64,000 bases of DNA from positions 212,908,001 to 212,972,000 of the forward strand of contig OZ024740.1 of the NCBI GenBank assembly GCA_964016885.1, read 5' to 3'. Shown piece by piece: positions 14,330 to 29,311 of this stretch. Below the pieces are notes generated by a model. That model had not been told where the DNA came from and did no database searches. It worked only from the letters and a program-made list of their open reading frames with translations. The position numbers were made by a program, and so were the translations under genes. Numbering within the stretch: position 1 is the stretch's first letter; each line of letters starts with the position of its first letter. This DNA is from Eledone cirrhosa. Taxonomy: Eukaryota.

Positions 14330-14750
14330 AATAACTGGAAGAATACGATCGCGAATACAAGCGGCTGAAATGGGATTCCTCCGAAGGGTCTTTGGAGTAA
14401 CGTTATTCGATAAACTGCGTAGCTCAGAGATCAGAGAGTCACTCCAGATAGAGCCACTGCTTCTCTGAGTTGAGAGATCACAGCTCTGATACTATGGGTA
14501 TGTGGTTAGAATGTCTAAGGAAATAATCGCTGGACATATTTTACTGGCAAAACCAACCGACAGGGGACCCTGGGGTAGACCCCAAGCAAGATGGTTGGAT
14601 AAAATCGATAAGCTTCGTTGGTCACGCTTGAGGATCCAGCTGGATCAGTTGGAGATGGTTGCTTCTGACAGGACTCGCTGGACAGAGTGTTTGAGGACTT
14701 TGCCCTCACGACCCTCCCAGCAATAAGTGGGCAAGGAAGAAGAAGAAGAA
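14330..14750 (+). mobile_element. RTE-clade LINE 3' fragment with (GAA)n tail
   Basis: RIQAAEMGFLRRV and GRPQARW. A related piece lies at 32840-33020 on the minus strand. Confidence 0.8.
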
Positions 14751-14767
14751 TTCCATAGTAAATTTTG

Positions 14768-14882
14768 AAGCGAGGAATTGGCAGAGTAGTTAATACGTCG
14801 GATAGAGTGCTTTGTGGCATTCGTTTCGGCTCTCTCCACTCTAAGTTCCACTTTGCCTTTCATTCATTCAAGGTCGATAAAA
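14768..14882 (+). mobile_element. Degenerate SINE
   Basis: A-box-like TTGGCAGAGTAG and body CTTTGCCTTTCATT..GTCGATAAAA. Confidence 0.55.
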
Positions 14883-15228
14883 ACTCTTTCTTTCTCTCAC
14901 GCTTTTTCTTTACCTGAGAAAAATCTGTTCAAACTTGGCGAGAGATGGGGACCCTCAGTTCTTAAAATGCCCTTGTAACACCGTATGTCAATAAGGCCCC
15001 CATATGACTCCTCGGGGAGCTACCGAACCATACATAGTAAACGTTAAGTCTAAATGAATTCAACAATATAAATACAAATAATTTGCAACCGCACACACGC
15101 ACACACACACTTATATATTTATATATATATATATATGTATGTATATATTGACTTTGTTAGTTTCAGAAGATCCCGTTAAGGGTGAAAGCAGCGATTCTTT
15201 GCTTAAACTTTAATCTGTTATTTTAATA

Positions 15229-15925
<697 letters not shown>

Positions 15926-16013
15926 TAGGTAATTCCGAAGGAAATGCAAAGGAAAAAAGAGTGCTCTATGTATAGAACAGAGCTATTTAATTAGAAAGTG
16001 AACAACACAAAAT

Positions 16014-16095
16014 ATAACTACTCCATTACCAAAGGTTTCTGGATCCCAGACAATAATAAAATACGTCTGGATCGGTCGTCAGACAAAGATGTTAT
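16014..16095 (-). ncRNA. Type I hammerhead motif
   Basis: CTTTGT-CTGACGA-stem II GATCCAGAC/GTCTGGGATC-GAAA-CCTTTGG-TA-ATGGAG. Confidence 0.65.
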
Positions 16096-16504
16096 AGATA
16101 AAAGATATGAAATGAGATTTAAAATCTGTTAAAAATTGGAAGTGAGGCTGGAAAAATAACGGGAAATATACATAAGAAAAGAAGGGTAAGAAAAATAATA
16201 TATAAAAATATATAGCAATATAGAAAAAGACATGTGTACATACATATACACACATTCAGATAAAAGGAAAATATATATATATGTATATATACATATATAT
16301 GCAAACATACATGTACACAGACATACACATATACATACACACACACACACACACATAAATACATATACAGACATACATAGAGACATATACATAGGCACAA
16401 CACACACACACATAAATACATATACAGACATACATACAGACATATACATAGGCACACACACACATAAATACATATACAGACATACATACAGACATATACA
16501 TAGG

Positions 16505-16570
<66 letters not shown>

Positions 16571-16605
16571 TATATAGTTATGTAATAAACAACATAAGAT
16601 AATTA

Positions 16606-16669
16606 ATTCATTTACCAGTGGTTTCTTGAAGACAGATATCCATGGCTGTCTTCATTCATCAGAAAGAAT
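16606..16669 (-). ncRNA. Type I hammerhead motif between ~31-bp inverted repeats
   Basis: ATTCTTT-CTGATGA-TGAAGACAG/CTGTCTTCA-GAAA-CCACTGG-TA-AATGAAT. Inverted-repeat arms at 16575-16605 and 16679-16709. Confidence 0.65.
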
Positions 16670-16935
16670 AATATGAAATAATTATCTTATGTTGTTTATT
16701 ACATAACTAAAAAGCTCTGTAGCCTACATAGAGCACTCTCTTTTCCTTTACTTTTCCTACGGAAATACTTCATTTTATATCTCTCTCTCTATATATATAT
16801 ATATCTATATACACACATATATATACACATATATATACATGGCATAGACATAAGTGTATAAACACACTAGTCTGCAAATACATACATTCGCAAACACACA
16901 CACATATAAATATAAACATATATACATACATACAC

Positions 16936-16989
<54 letters not shown>

Positions 16990-17008
16990 ACGCATACATA
17001 TACACAGG

Positions 17009-17049
<41 letters not shown>

Positions 17050-17295
17050 GCATTCACTTCACACACACACGTATACATACACACATGCACACATACACAG
17101 ATATATATATGGCATAGACAGAAGTGTATTAACTCACTAGCTAGTCTGCAGAAATATACATACACAAGTACAAGGGAAAAAATATAAAATAAAATAAAAA
17201 TATAGATAAGCGGTTGGACAAAATGAGAGGAAGACGTCACACACATAATGATAGACTTATACATAAATACAATCACATACGCAATACTACATATA

Positions 17296-19003
17296 TATTT
17301 CTTTATTTACCATAAAGGCATAAAAAGAAGGGACAAATACAAAGGGGGAGTTTACATAACACCGAGTAAAAAGGGTATAAAATGAAAATAATCGAAAACA
17401 ACCTCAAAAGGGAGGGGACGTGATGGGGGTTGCACACACCCCCGAAAAAGTGTGCAATCCTTTGCCCGGGGAGCACATGGAGAAGGTGCTCCCCTCTCCT
17501 TCACTTCTTTACCTACAGGATGGTATACAGAGAAAGCCCATTTACACGAGCCATTCTCGCCACTATCACCCACCTTTCAGAAAACTGCCTGTGGCCAAGC
17601 ACCTCTCTCTCCATTCTTATCCTTCTTCCGAAGTGATATCGGAAGAAGTAGACCAGACTATGGCCAGAGAGGAAGTTGCCTGACCTCAGACCTTTCAATC
17701 GTGTCCACCAAACAACCTCTTTCAACATGGCTATTACGCACAGAAAAAACGCCTTTGCTTCCTTTGTGAAGAGGGGAGGCGGCTTGATTGTCACCACGGA
17801 CTCGGCGGTCAATCGAATCGGCGCCACCCGCGACAGCAGTCGTTCGGCGTAGCCCCACAGATCAGCCACGCCCGGACATTGCACCAATGCGTGCGCAACG
17901 GTTTCTTCGTGACGCACGCATCTAGGGCAAATCTTTTTCGAGGGATCCCTGCCCGGGCGCCCGTGTCTGTAGAGCCTCTCTCGAACGGGTAGAGCCCCCC
18001 GGTAGCACTGCCAGGCTAGTGACTTCTGGAAGTTGTCCATTGGTCCCGGGCCGAAAGTCCTACCGAACAGGCTGGCCAGTTCGTCCTCTTCCATGTCCAG
18101 CGACTCTCCAAGGGTGTCATCGCCCCTGCTAGCCACCAGCCCTCTATAAAATGATGAGGTGGATTCTCCACCGATGGCCGGGCTCGCTTGCCAGAGAGCC
18201 CTGAGCGCCTGGGCACACTCAGTGTGCCAGTCTCCCAGTTTTCCGGATCTTTGCTTGACCAAGGACTGCAGCTCGGTGAGCGAGACGAGTCTCGGAAAGG
18301 CTCGTTTCACGAACGGAGCCCACACCGGTTGACCAGTGAGGAATACCTGTAGGTGCCGTAGCCTTAATGCGTGCCTACGCATCATCAACCACGGCATCCC
18401 CAGCCCTCCTTTCGAAGGTTGTTGGCAGCAGATGGATCTTCTCACCATAGGAGGGCGTTTCTTCCAAAGAAATTGGAAGAGCATGCGTTCCATGGTGGTG
18501 AGTGTTTCCTTAGGGCAAGGCACGACAGTCAGGCGGTAGTAAGTGACGGACGCTATGTAAATGTTCGCCACCTCCGCCCGGCCTTTTAGGGACAGCCTAC
18601 ACTTGGCCCATTTCTGGGTTAGTGCAAACACCTTGTTCGTAACCTCGTCCCAGTTCTTTTCCACCTGGAAGTCCGGTCCAAACCAGACCCCAAGCAACTT
18701 TACCGGGCCCTCCGTCCAGTGTCCGACGACACCGTCGGGAGGCATCGGTCTTCCTCTCCACGTTCCGAGTTGCAACCCGATGGATTTTTCCCGGTTCAGT
18801 TTCGCTCCTGACAACCTTTCGTAATCCTCCAGTAAGGTACCGATCGCCTCGATCTCCGAGTCGGTCGATACCATTACTGTTACGTCATCGGCGTAGGCCG
18901 ACACAGCTTTGCTCAATCCTGGTTCCAGGGGGATACCCTGCAACAACTCCAACTTCCTCAGTAAAGGCTCGAGAGTCAATACGTACAGAAGGGAGGAGAG
19001 AGG
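17296..19003 (-). mobile_element. 5'-truncated Tx1-like LINE, family B, with target-site duplication
   Basis: ORF 17513-18979 is nearly identical to unit B ORF2. GCAATACTACATATA occurs at 17281-17295 and 19004-19018. Confidence 0.95.
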
Positions 19004-19136
19004 GCAATACTACATATAGATACATGCATGTATGTGTCCAGTGTAAATATAAACATATTCAAGCATGCAAGAATACAAATGAACACACGCAGATAACCAC
19101 ACACATAAATACATATATACACACACACGCATACAC

Positions 19137-19207
<71 letters not shown>

Positions 19208-19212
<5 letters not shown>

Positions 19213-19946
19213 AGATTTGAATGGATACAGTTTAGTTGAAAGGAATTTATTGACACGTGTTTCTATAACAGTTACATAACCTAAAACAGCTGCTATCTAC
19301 AAACTTTTAGTTATGCAGACATTCAATATTTCAATGTTATTATTTACTGTCATTTCATCAGAATAATATTACTGAGGACCTATTTAGTTTTTATAGAGAA
19401 TATTAGGAGGGAGGGGTGAAGTTGTTAGAAGAATAGTTGAAGGAGTGGTTTTTCGATAGCAGTGAGAATTCTTGGTGGCAGTGAGTAATTAGATTCCCAT
19501 CTGTTGTTTTGACATTTTTTATAGAATATATTATTGGTTATTTTTCTAAATTTATAGAAGGATTAGAGATAGTAAAGATATGCGTGGTTGGTTTTGTGTT
19601 TGCACTTAATTAACATTCAGACTTAAATTTTTCTTTCAAGTATACGTATCCTTTCACCCACGCATTCACACACAAATATATTTGCACACCTCTACAAAAT
19701 ACATATACTCACAATTCACATATTCATACTTACATATATATACACATGCATACACATATATATACACACATGTATTCATGTACATACTTACGCGCTCGTG
19801 TGTATACATTTTCATACTCAACTTATCTTTATATACACACGTATAGACACACACATATATACATACTTACTCTAGTCCATGTGTACACACATACACATAC
19901 ATACACATCTATATACACACATATACATACATATACACATATATAC

Positions 19947-20019
<73 letters not shown>

Positions 20020-21753
20020 TATACATACATACACATACATACACACACATATATACATATATATAAGCACTTTAATACATGAATACACTTACATCTAACT
20101 ATACACATCAAACATATATATATATTTACTTATTTATATACATTTTCACATATATATACATACTTATGGACGTTTTTAGACACATTCATTATCGCATATT
20201 TGCACCTATTCTCATCAGCATATCTTTCCATTATTAGTGTGGTAATTTAAGGTTATTAATATATGTTGAGAAGAGATTGTTTTTATATTTTTCTAACTAG
20301 ATTAAGGTTTATATAGTTGGGGGATGTCCCTCTTTTATGTAATATTCGGCTTGTAGTGGGAAAAAAGGGTTTTAGTTCTGTGACGGCAGAATAATGTTCG
20401 TTCAATTCTGTTATTCAGCAGTTTCTTCTTGTGTGTGATTATGTAATAAATCTCAAGATTACACAATTTGCAGAAATTTTGGCTCCTGGAAAAGCTTTGG
20501 GTTTTAGCTAATTTCTCCCATTTTAGGGTAAACTTTTGATCGCTATCCCTGAGCGTCCAAGCTTTTTCTGCTAAAGTTGTTACATTTCTTTGGCTCTGGT
20601 GTTTTATTGAGTAAGAATGCCTATACAATCGAGATTTAAACGATGTTGCCGTTGATCCCACGTAATACCACTCGTTGCCTCCGGATTTAATGGTACACTT
20701 ATAAATAATATTTTTTTCCAGGCAGTTATTGCCGAGGGGGCAGTTGTCAGGATAGGTGCAGTTACAGTTGTGTACGTTGGGTTTTCTCTGGAGTAGTATT
20801 GCGGACGAACTTAGGTGTGGTTTATTTATGTTCTGTAGTGTATTGTCTACTGTTTTTTTTTGTGTTCTTTGTACTTAAGTTCTTAGTGTTTTCGTTTAAC
20901 CTTCTAGTATTGATCTTTTTTATGTGTTGTTCTAGGTTTAACGCTGTAGAGTATGACAGTCTTATAGTGGTAGGGTTTAGGATTTTGTGGTATTTGTGTG
21001 ATGTGGGAAAATTTCTTTTAATTATTTTAAAGAAGAGTACTGGTAAATTTGTACTAATGGAACTATTGTATTCGGGGTTATACCATAAGTACTCTTTGCA
21101 TCGCTTGTGTGTGTCTATACGTGTGTATATAAAGATAAGTTGAGTATGAAAATGTATACACACGAGCGCGTAAGTATGTACATGAATACATGTGTGTATA
21201 TATATGTGTATGCATGTGTATATATATGTAAGTATGAATATGTGAATTGTGAGTATATGTATTTTGTAGAGGTGTGCAAATATATTTGTGTGTGAATGCG
21301 TGGGTGAAAGGATACGTACACTTGAAAGAAAAATTTAAGTCTGAATGTTAATTAAGTGCAAACACAAAACCAACCACGCATATCTTTACTATCTCTAATC
21401 CTTCTATAAATTTAGAAAAATAACCAATAATATATTCTATAAAAAATGTCAAAACAACAGATGGGAATCTAATTACTCACTGCCACCAAGAATTCTCACT
21501 GCTATCGAAAAACCACTCCTTCAACTATTCTTCTAACAACTTCACCCCTCCCTCCTAATATTCTCTATAAAAACTAAATAGGTCCTCAGTAATATTATTC
21601 TGATGAAATGACAGTAAATAATAACATTGAAATATTGAATGTCTGCATAACTAAAAGTTTGTAGATAGCAGCTGTTTTAGGTTATGTAACTGTTATAGAA
21701 ACACGTGTCAATAAATTCCTTTCAACTAAACTGTATCCATTCAAATCTTTCTA
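19208..21753 (-). mobile_element. Penelope-like remnant (GIY-YIG) bracketed by ~645-bp inverted repeats
   Basis: Minus strand reads LWYNPEYN, CNC..CPL..CLEKNIIYKC..YYVGST..FKSRLYRH. Arms 19208-19855 and 21106-21753 are reverse complements. Confidence 0.85.
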
Positions 21754-21861
21754 TTTTTCTCCGGATTACTTTTGGAACTACAACTGGAACCGTCGAGCAA
21801 ACTCTACGTGAGCTGATAATCTACTGTGTGTAATATTTATATTACAACACAACGGAAAATA

Positions 21862-22011
<150 letters not shown>

Positions 22012-22101
22012 GAGTTAAAGAAGATTCAATGAGTACATCAAAGAAATATTTATAATAAAATTTAATTGATCAAAGGAACATCTATTTTATTAATATTTGT
22101 A

Positions 22102-22135
<34 letters not shown>

Positions 22136-22143
<8 letters not shown>

Positions 22144-22407
22144 ATATTAAATAAATGGAAACTATATTTATAAAACCATATTTATTCTATTATATATATT
22201 TCAAGGGTACCAAAATTTTAGTACGCTATCATCAGATAACTTGAACCGTTAAGGTATATTCTCTTTGGTTATGTCAAAATTTATAAAACACACTTCGTAT
22301 TTTATCTGATGATAGCGTACCAAAATTTTGGGACCCTTGAAATATATATAATGGAATAAATATGGTTTGATAAATATAGTTTCCATTTATTTAATATCAT
22401 TGTATAT
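22136..22407. repeat. Inverted repeat whose arms each carry a minimal hammerhead (22187-22239 minus, 22302-22354 plus)
   Basis: TTAT-CTGATGA-TAGCGTAC..G(T/G)ACCCTT-GAAA-TATATA-TA-AT(A/G)G in both orientations. Confidence 0.7.
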
Positions 22408-22481
22408 TATACTCCAGAAAACCTGTAGAGTGCTCTGAATTAGTTATATAAACATTACCAACAAATTGAATATCCCTTCTG

Positions 22482-22516
<35 letters not shown>

Positions 22517-22606
22517 GGTGAGTAATATTCTAGAACAATAAAATATGTAGACTTAGCACTTTCCTATAAACAAGTGCTATTATGCCTCATATCATTGTAC
22601 CTTATT

Positions 22607-22672
22607 TTTTATCTGAAGAGAACACAACATCTGTCCCAGGATGATTTTGTATTCGAAATACGTATAATAAAA
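22607..22672 (+). ncRNA. Minimal hammerhead motif
   Basis: TTTTAT-CTGAAGA-GAA...TTC-GAAA-TACGTA-TA-ATAAAA, with palindromic stem III. Confidence 0.7.
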
Positions 22673-22706
22673 TATATGGAACTCTTATAACCATCTTTAT
22701 TTCATC

Positions 22707-24331
<1,625 letters not shown>

Positions 24332-24748
24332 GACCGCCGGTCAGTCAATGGCAACATTGAGGACCGAGTAAGTTAGATCGCAGATATATATATATAAAAG
24401 ACAGCGAGAAGCGAAAACCAACCAAACAGTGAGTGTGTTCTGTTATTAATTCTGGCAATATTACGCAAATATGACCCTCCCCAAATATAACAATATATAT
24501 ATATATATATATACACATATATATATACACATACATATATAAATTTATAATGGTATAAATTTATAAAATTTATAATGGTATTAGAGTGAAATAGAATATT
24601 AAATGTTAAGTATAAAGTACCAGTAATGCACTGGGATAATTGCTGGATTTGTGCCAAAAGTAGAAACAATTAAATGTTAAGTATATATAGGAAATTTACC
24701 CATCTCATTACAGTTGAAAATTGCAAACTCGACTGTCACCACATATCA

Positions 24749-24787
24749 TGAACCTGAAGATTGCGAAAGCATGAAAGTACTTGTTCA
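24749..24787 (+). ncRNA. Minimal hammerhead, 5' pLTR
   Basis: TGAAC-CTGAAGA-TTGCGAAAGCAT-GAAA-GTAC-TT-GTTCA. Confidence 0.8.
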
Positions 24788-24991
24788 ATTAACACTTAGA
24801 ATTTAATATTCTATCATACTATTTCATTATAATACCATTATATATATTTTAAAGGATTGTAAATAAAACAAGTAAATCAGACAAAGTTGGAATTCCTCTT
24901 ATTAATATAATCTTCTATACACAATCATACACACCCGTGTATATTTACCTATCTATATCTATATATATATTCCTATTGTGTATATGCCAAC

Positions 24992-26341
24992 ATGTCTGGA
25001 AAGCAACAAATGAAACCAACAGAATCAGAAAGAATTCTAAAGGAGATATCATCGAAATTATCAACACTTATCACGATGATGGACACACAATCCTCTATTT
25101 TAAAGGAAATAGAAAAACAATCTACAGACGGAAAACTTATAACTGAACATATAAACTCTGAAATTAAGAATTTAGCTGAAATTATACCAACAGTTATCAA
25201 AGATACAAGAGAAAGCCTACCACAACCCCCTTGGATGTCAAAAATAAACGAAAGAAATTTGGAAAACAAAACACATCGAATAAGAAAAGAAATGTGGAAG
25301 ACATGGAAAAAATTCCTTAACATAAGAAAACAAAATTTCTGGAAAGCATACAGATGCGAAAAATATGTCGAAACACATTCGAAATGGCTCTCTCTAACGG
25401 CACCCATACTCCCTCGTAAATACCTAATTACAGAAATTGCAGGAGAACCAGAGGAAGAAACAAAACTCCGATGGGAACTTACATTGACAAAATTCAGGAC
25501 CGACATCTCCATTTCTGAATGTAAACAATCCCGCTACAAAGCCAAATATGAAGCTATTGATGACCAAATTGAAGTTGAAATTTCAAAGCTAACGACTGGT
25601 ATTATAGCTGAAAAACTACGAGAACTATGGATCGGAGATATCTCAAAAGAAGAAAACAAATCAAGAAAGGTATGGCAGCAGAAACAATTATTTCTCGATG
25701 AATATGCTGCAAATTACGGTAAAGACTCTGGAACCCTGAGAAAAAGCATTAAAAGTGGACAATCTCATCAACACAACATACGCCAGAACACGTGCCAACA
25801 CAAACACTCACCTTACCTTGAATCAAAGAAGAACTACGGTAATAACTCTTCGCTTTTTCTACAAAAACACCCTATCGCACACAACATGAACAAAAAGCAC
25901 AAACACGATAGGTATTCCTTTGACCAGACCATGAGAAGTAGTAAAACCAGGAGATCATTCTCAAGATCTCAACAGAGACTACCAACAAGGAATGTGGAAA
26001 CAAAACGTAGAATAACCAGATCACTCTCAAGATCTCAACAGAGATTGCCCACAAGAAACTGGACGAAAAAACGATCTAAACCTGAAAGCAAACCTAGGTC
26101 ATTTTCCCAGATTGTTAAAAATAATGCTAACAGGAAGAAAAATAATATACAGAATACCAAAAATAGGACAAAATACATAACGAAACCAAATATAATATCA
26201 CGACCAAAAGTTCATCAAGCGAACACCAACAGGAATATAAATCCTGAACAGAGAAAAATTCATTTTTTAACGTCAGGACAACAAAAACCGGAAAAAGAAA
26301 AACTCCAGGAGGAAACATACCCAAAACAGCTGTACACGTAG
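24992..26341 (+). CDS. PLE upstream ORF (449 aa), helical/coiled-coil-like N-half and basic C-half
   Basis: Uninterrupted ATG-initiated ORF inside the pLTRs, with a duplicated RS(F/L)SRSQQRLPTRN. Confidence 0.7.
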   Translation: MSGKQQMKPTESERILKEISSKLSTLITMMDTQSSILKEIEKQSTDGKLITEHINSEIKNLAEIIPTVIKDTRESLPQPPWMSKINERNLENKTHRIRKEMWKTWKKFLNIRKQNFWKAYRCEKYVETHSKWLSLTAPILPRKYLITEIAGEPEEETKLRWELTLTKFRTDISISECKQSRYKAKYEAIDDQIEVEISKLTTGIIAEKLRELWIGDISKEENKSRKVWQQKQLFLDEYAANYGKDSGTLRKSIKSGQSHQHNIRQNTCQHKHSPYLESKKNYGNNSSLFLQKHPIAHNMNKKHKHDRYSFDQTMRSSKTRRSFSRSQQRLPTRNVETKRRITRSLSRSQQRLPTRNWTKKRSKPESKPRSFSQIVKNNANRKKNNIQNTKNRTKYITKPNIISRPKVHQANTNRNINPEQRKIHFLTSGQQKPEKEKLQEETYPKQLYT

Positions 26342-28575
26342 ATCCTAAAATAATTAATTTATCTAAAAGAGATCTTGACAATGATGAAATGCAAATTCTG
26401 TCAAAAGGACTGAAATTCACACCGACTCCAACAGTCAACCACCAAGAACTGAAGGAGGATACCCAAGAATTCTGTCGAAAATTACGTCTTGTAGAATTCT
26501 TCGCTGATAAAAATAATGAGAGTGATGAATCACTAGTAAAGAATAAATCAAATTTCACTCCGCCAAAAGGAAGAAATATCTATCTCGACCAATACATTGA
26601 CATCCTGTCTAAATTTCCTCTTAGACATAATACTAATGTTAGGCCAAACATTAACAAATCAGAAATGTCTGCACTTAAACGTATACAAAATGATAAAATA
26701 ATAATAATTAAACAAGCAGATAAAGGGGGTGCAGTTGTTATAATGGATACTGAATACTACAAGGATTTGGTTGAGGAACAACTGTAAGACACAACATTCT
26801 ATCATGAAATACCGTCAAATATAGACCACAACATCATGAAGAAGATCAACAACCTGGCTTCAAAATACCACAACTCATTTACTGATAAGGAAAGAGACTA
26901 CATCACCAATTTTGAGCCGAAACCCAGCAACCTGTATGGCCTACCGAAAGTTCACAAGTCAAAAGAAATACAACTGGCAGTAAGAGAACAAAACAGTGAG
27001 TACATTAAATTATTACACCCAAAAGACTTAAAACTTAGACCTATTATAGCTGGTCCAACATGCCCCACTCACCGTCTAAGCAATTTTGTTGACATTATTT
27101 TGAAACCACTATGTATTCACATACCCAGTTTCATCCGGGATGATATCGACTTCCTGTCCCATCTTCCCAAAACCACGGAAACGAATTCATTTCTACTCAG
27201 TTTTGATGTGGTAAGCCTTTACACCAACATTACACATGATTTAGGAATAAAGGCGGTTAAATACTGGGTGGAAAAACATAGAAAAGTGATTCCCATTAGA
27301 TTCACAGCGCCATTTATATTAGACGCAGTTAAACTTATTCTGGAAAACAACACTTTCTTCTTCAATGGAAAGAATTACATCCAAATTAGAGGCACAGCGA
27401 TGGGAACGAAGTTTGCTCCCGTTTACGCGAACTCTGTAATGGGATACTTAGAACAACAACTCTACCAAGAAATAGAGGAAAAATATAGTACTGACTTTAG
27501 AAAGTACATTGAAAAATCTTGGAAGAGATACCTTGACGACTGTTTCATCATCTGGACAGAATCTCTAGATACTCTGGATGAGTTCAATATCCTCCTGAAT
27601 AACCTACACCCATCTCTCCAATTCACAAAAGAGATGAGTAGGACCAAATTACCATTCCTAGATATAATGATAATCAAAAACGACACCACCATTACCACGG
27701 ATATATATTATAAACACACAGACACCCATCAATATCTGAATTTTAAGTCGTGCCATCCACCTCATACAAAACGCAACATCCCATACTGCCTAGCCAGAAG
27801 AATTTGTACCATTGTAGAAGATACGAATACCAGGTACAAACGCCTAACAGAACTAAGAGAATTTTTGCTCAAACAAAAATACCCATCTCTACTTATAGAA
27901 AATGGCATACAGCGGGCTATAAAAATACCTATACAACAACTTAGAACAACCCAAAGAAGAAGAAACCAAGAACTGGTCATACCATTTATAATGACACACA
28001 ACCCATGTCACCAGAATATCTTCAACACTGCCAAAGCAAACCTACCGATCATTGCTCAAAGTAATGAATTAAAAGGCTTAATCACAGATCGATCTTTGAC
28101 TCTTAGTAAAAGACAGCCAAAAAATTTGAAGCAATTGCTAACAAAAGCAAAGTTTGACCTTAACAACAAAGACCAATCATTCACTGTATCTAAATGCAAT
28201 GATAATCGATGCGGCACATGTCAATCCATACACGCCGGTCAATATATGAAAACAAAAACTGGAAAAATATTCACAAATGCAAATATGAACTGCAAAAGCA
28301 GAAATCTAATTTACTGCATTAAATGCCTGAATTGTGAAGAACTATATGTCGGTCAAACTGGAAATGCACTATCGGAACGTGCACGGGTACACCGTCAACA
28401 AATCAGAGACCCAAATGTCCGTCAGATACCCCTAAGCGGCCACCTGGCAACATGTGGTCAGGGAATATTTATAATATTCCCATTCTACAAATTACACAGC
28501 CCAAATGAAATCAAGAGAAAAATCAAAGAAAAGAATTTTATTGATAAATTCAAACCCAAGCTAAATGAACAATAA
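26263..28575 (+). pseudogene. PLE RT-GIY-YIG ORF with one in-frame stop at 26785-26787
   Basis: IINLS..LSKGLKF, YGLPKVHK, LRPII, FDVVSLYTNI, GTAMG, RYLDD, LPFLD and LIYCIKC..YVGQT. Confidence 0.92.
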
Positions 28576-28950
28576 TAACGCCTAGGGGTATTACTTCTAC
28601 TACCACTATGACCACGACCACTAACAACAACAACAACAACAATAATAATAATAATAAAAGTGATGTTGATGGTGATGATTAATAGAAAATGCTATTTTCA
28701 TCATTTCAAAAAAGCAAAACAATTGATACGTTGGATATGACTATTGGTCGTTAGCATGCTCAACCAGCCGTGACGCTTAAACCAATCAGCTGTAGTAATT
28801 CAGTGAAACTACACACTGATTGGTCGAAATACAGTTTACAGGGCTTTGCATTCTGGAGCCACTTTTCTCTGTATAAAATGTATAAAAGGTAGGAAATTTA
28901 CCCATCTCATTACAGTTGAAAATTGCAAACTCGACTGTCACCACATATCA

Positions 28951-28989
28951 TGAACCTGAAGATTGCGAAAGCATGAAAGTACTTGTTCA
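28951..28989 (+). ncRNA. Minimal hammerhead, 3' pLTR
   Basis: Identical to 24749-24787. Confidence 0.8.
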
Positions 28990-29103
28990 ATTAACACTTA
29001 GAATTTAATATTCTATCATACTATTTCATTATAATACCATTATATATATTTTAAAGGATTGTAAATAAAACGAGTAAATCAGACAAAGTTGGAATTCCTC
29101 TTA

Positions 29104-29183
<80 letters not shown>

Positions 29184-29262
29184 CATACATATATGTATAT
29201 ATATATATATACATATATGTATGTATATATATATACATATATGTATGTATATATATATATAC

Positions 29263-29295
<33 letters not shown>

Positions 29296-29311
29296 TGTAT
29301 GTATGTATGTA

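Larger units (their letters stand above)
24688..29111 (+). mobile_element. Near-complete Penelope-like element (Neptune-like) with direct pLTRs
   Basis: ~222-bp direct repeats at 24688-24909 and 28890-29111, enclosing an RT, a linker Zn finger (CNDNRCGTC) and a C-terminal GIY-YIG. Confidence 0.93.

Noticed and set aside
15160-15200. Hammerhead-like CAGAAGA-TCCC..GGGT-GAAA
   Set aside because: The core is mutated and stems I and III do not pair
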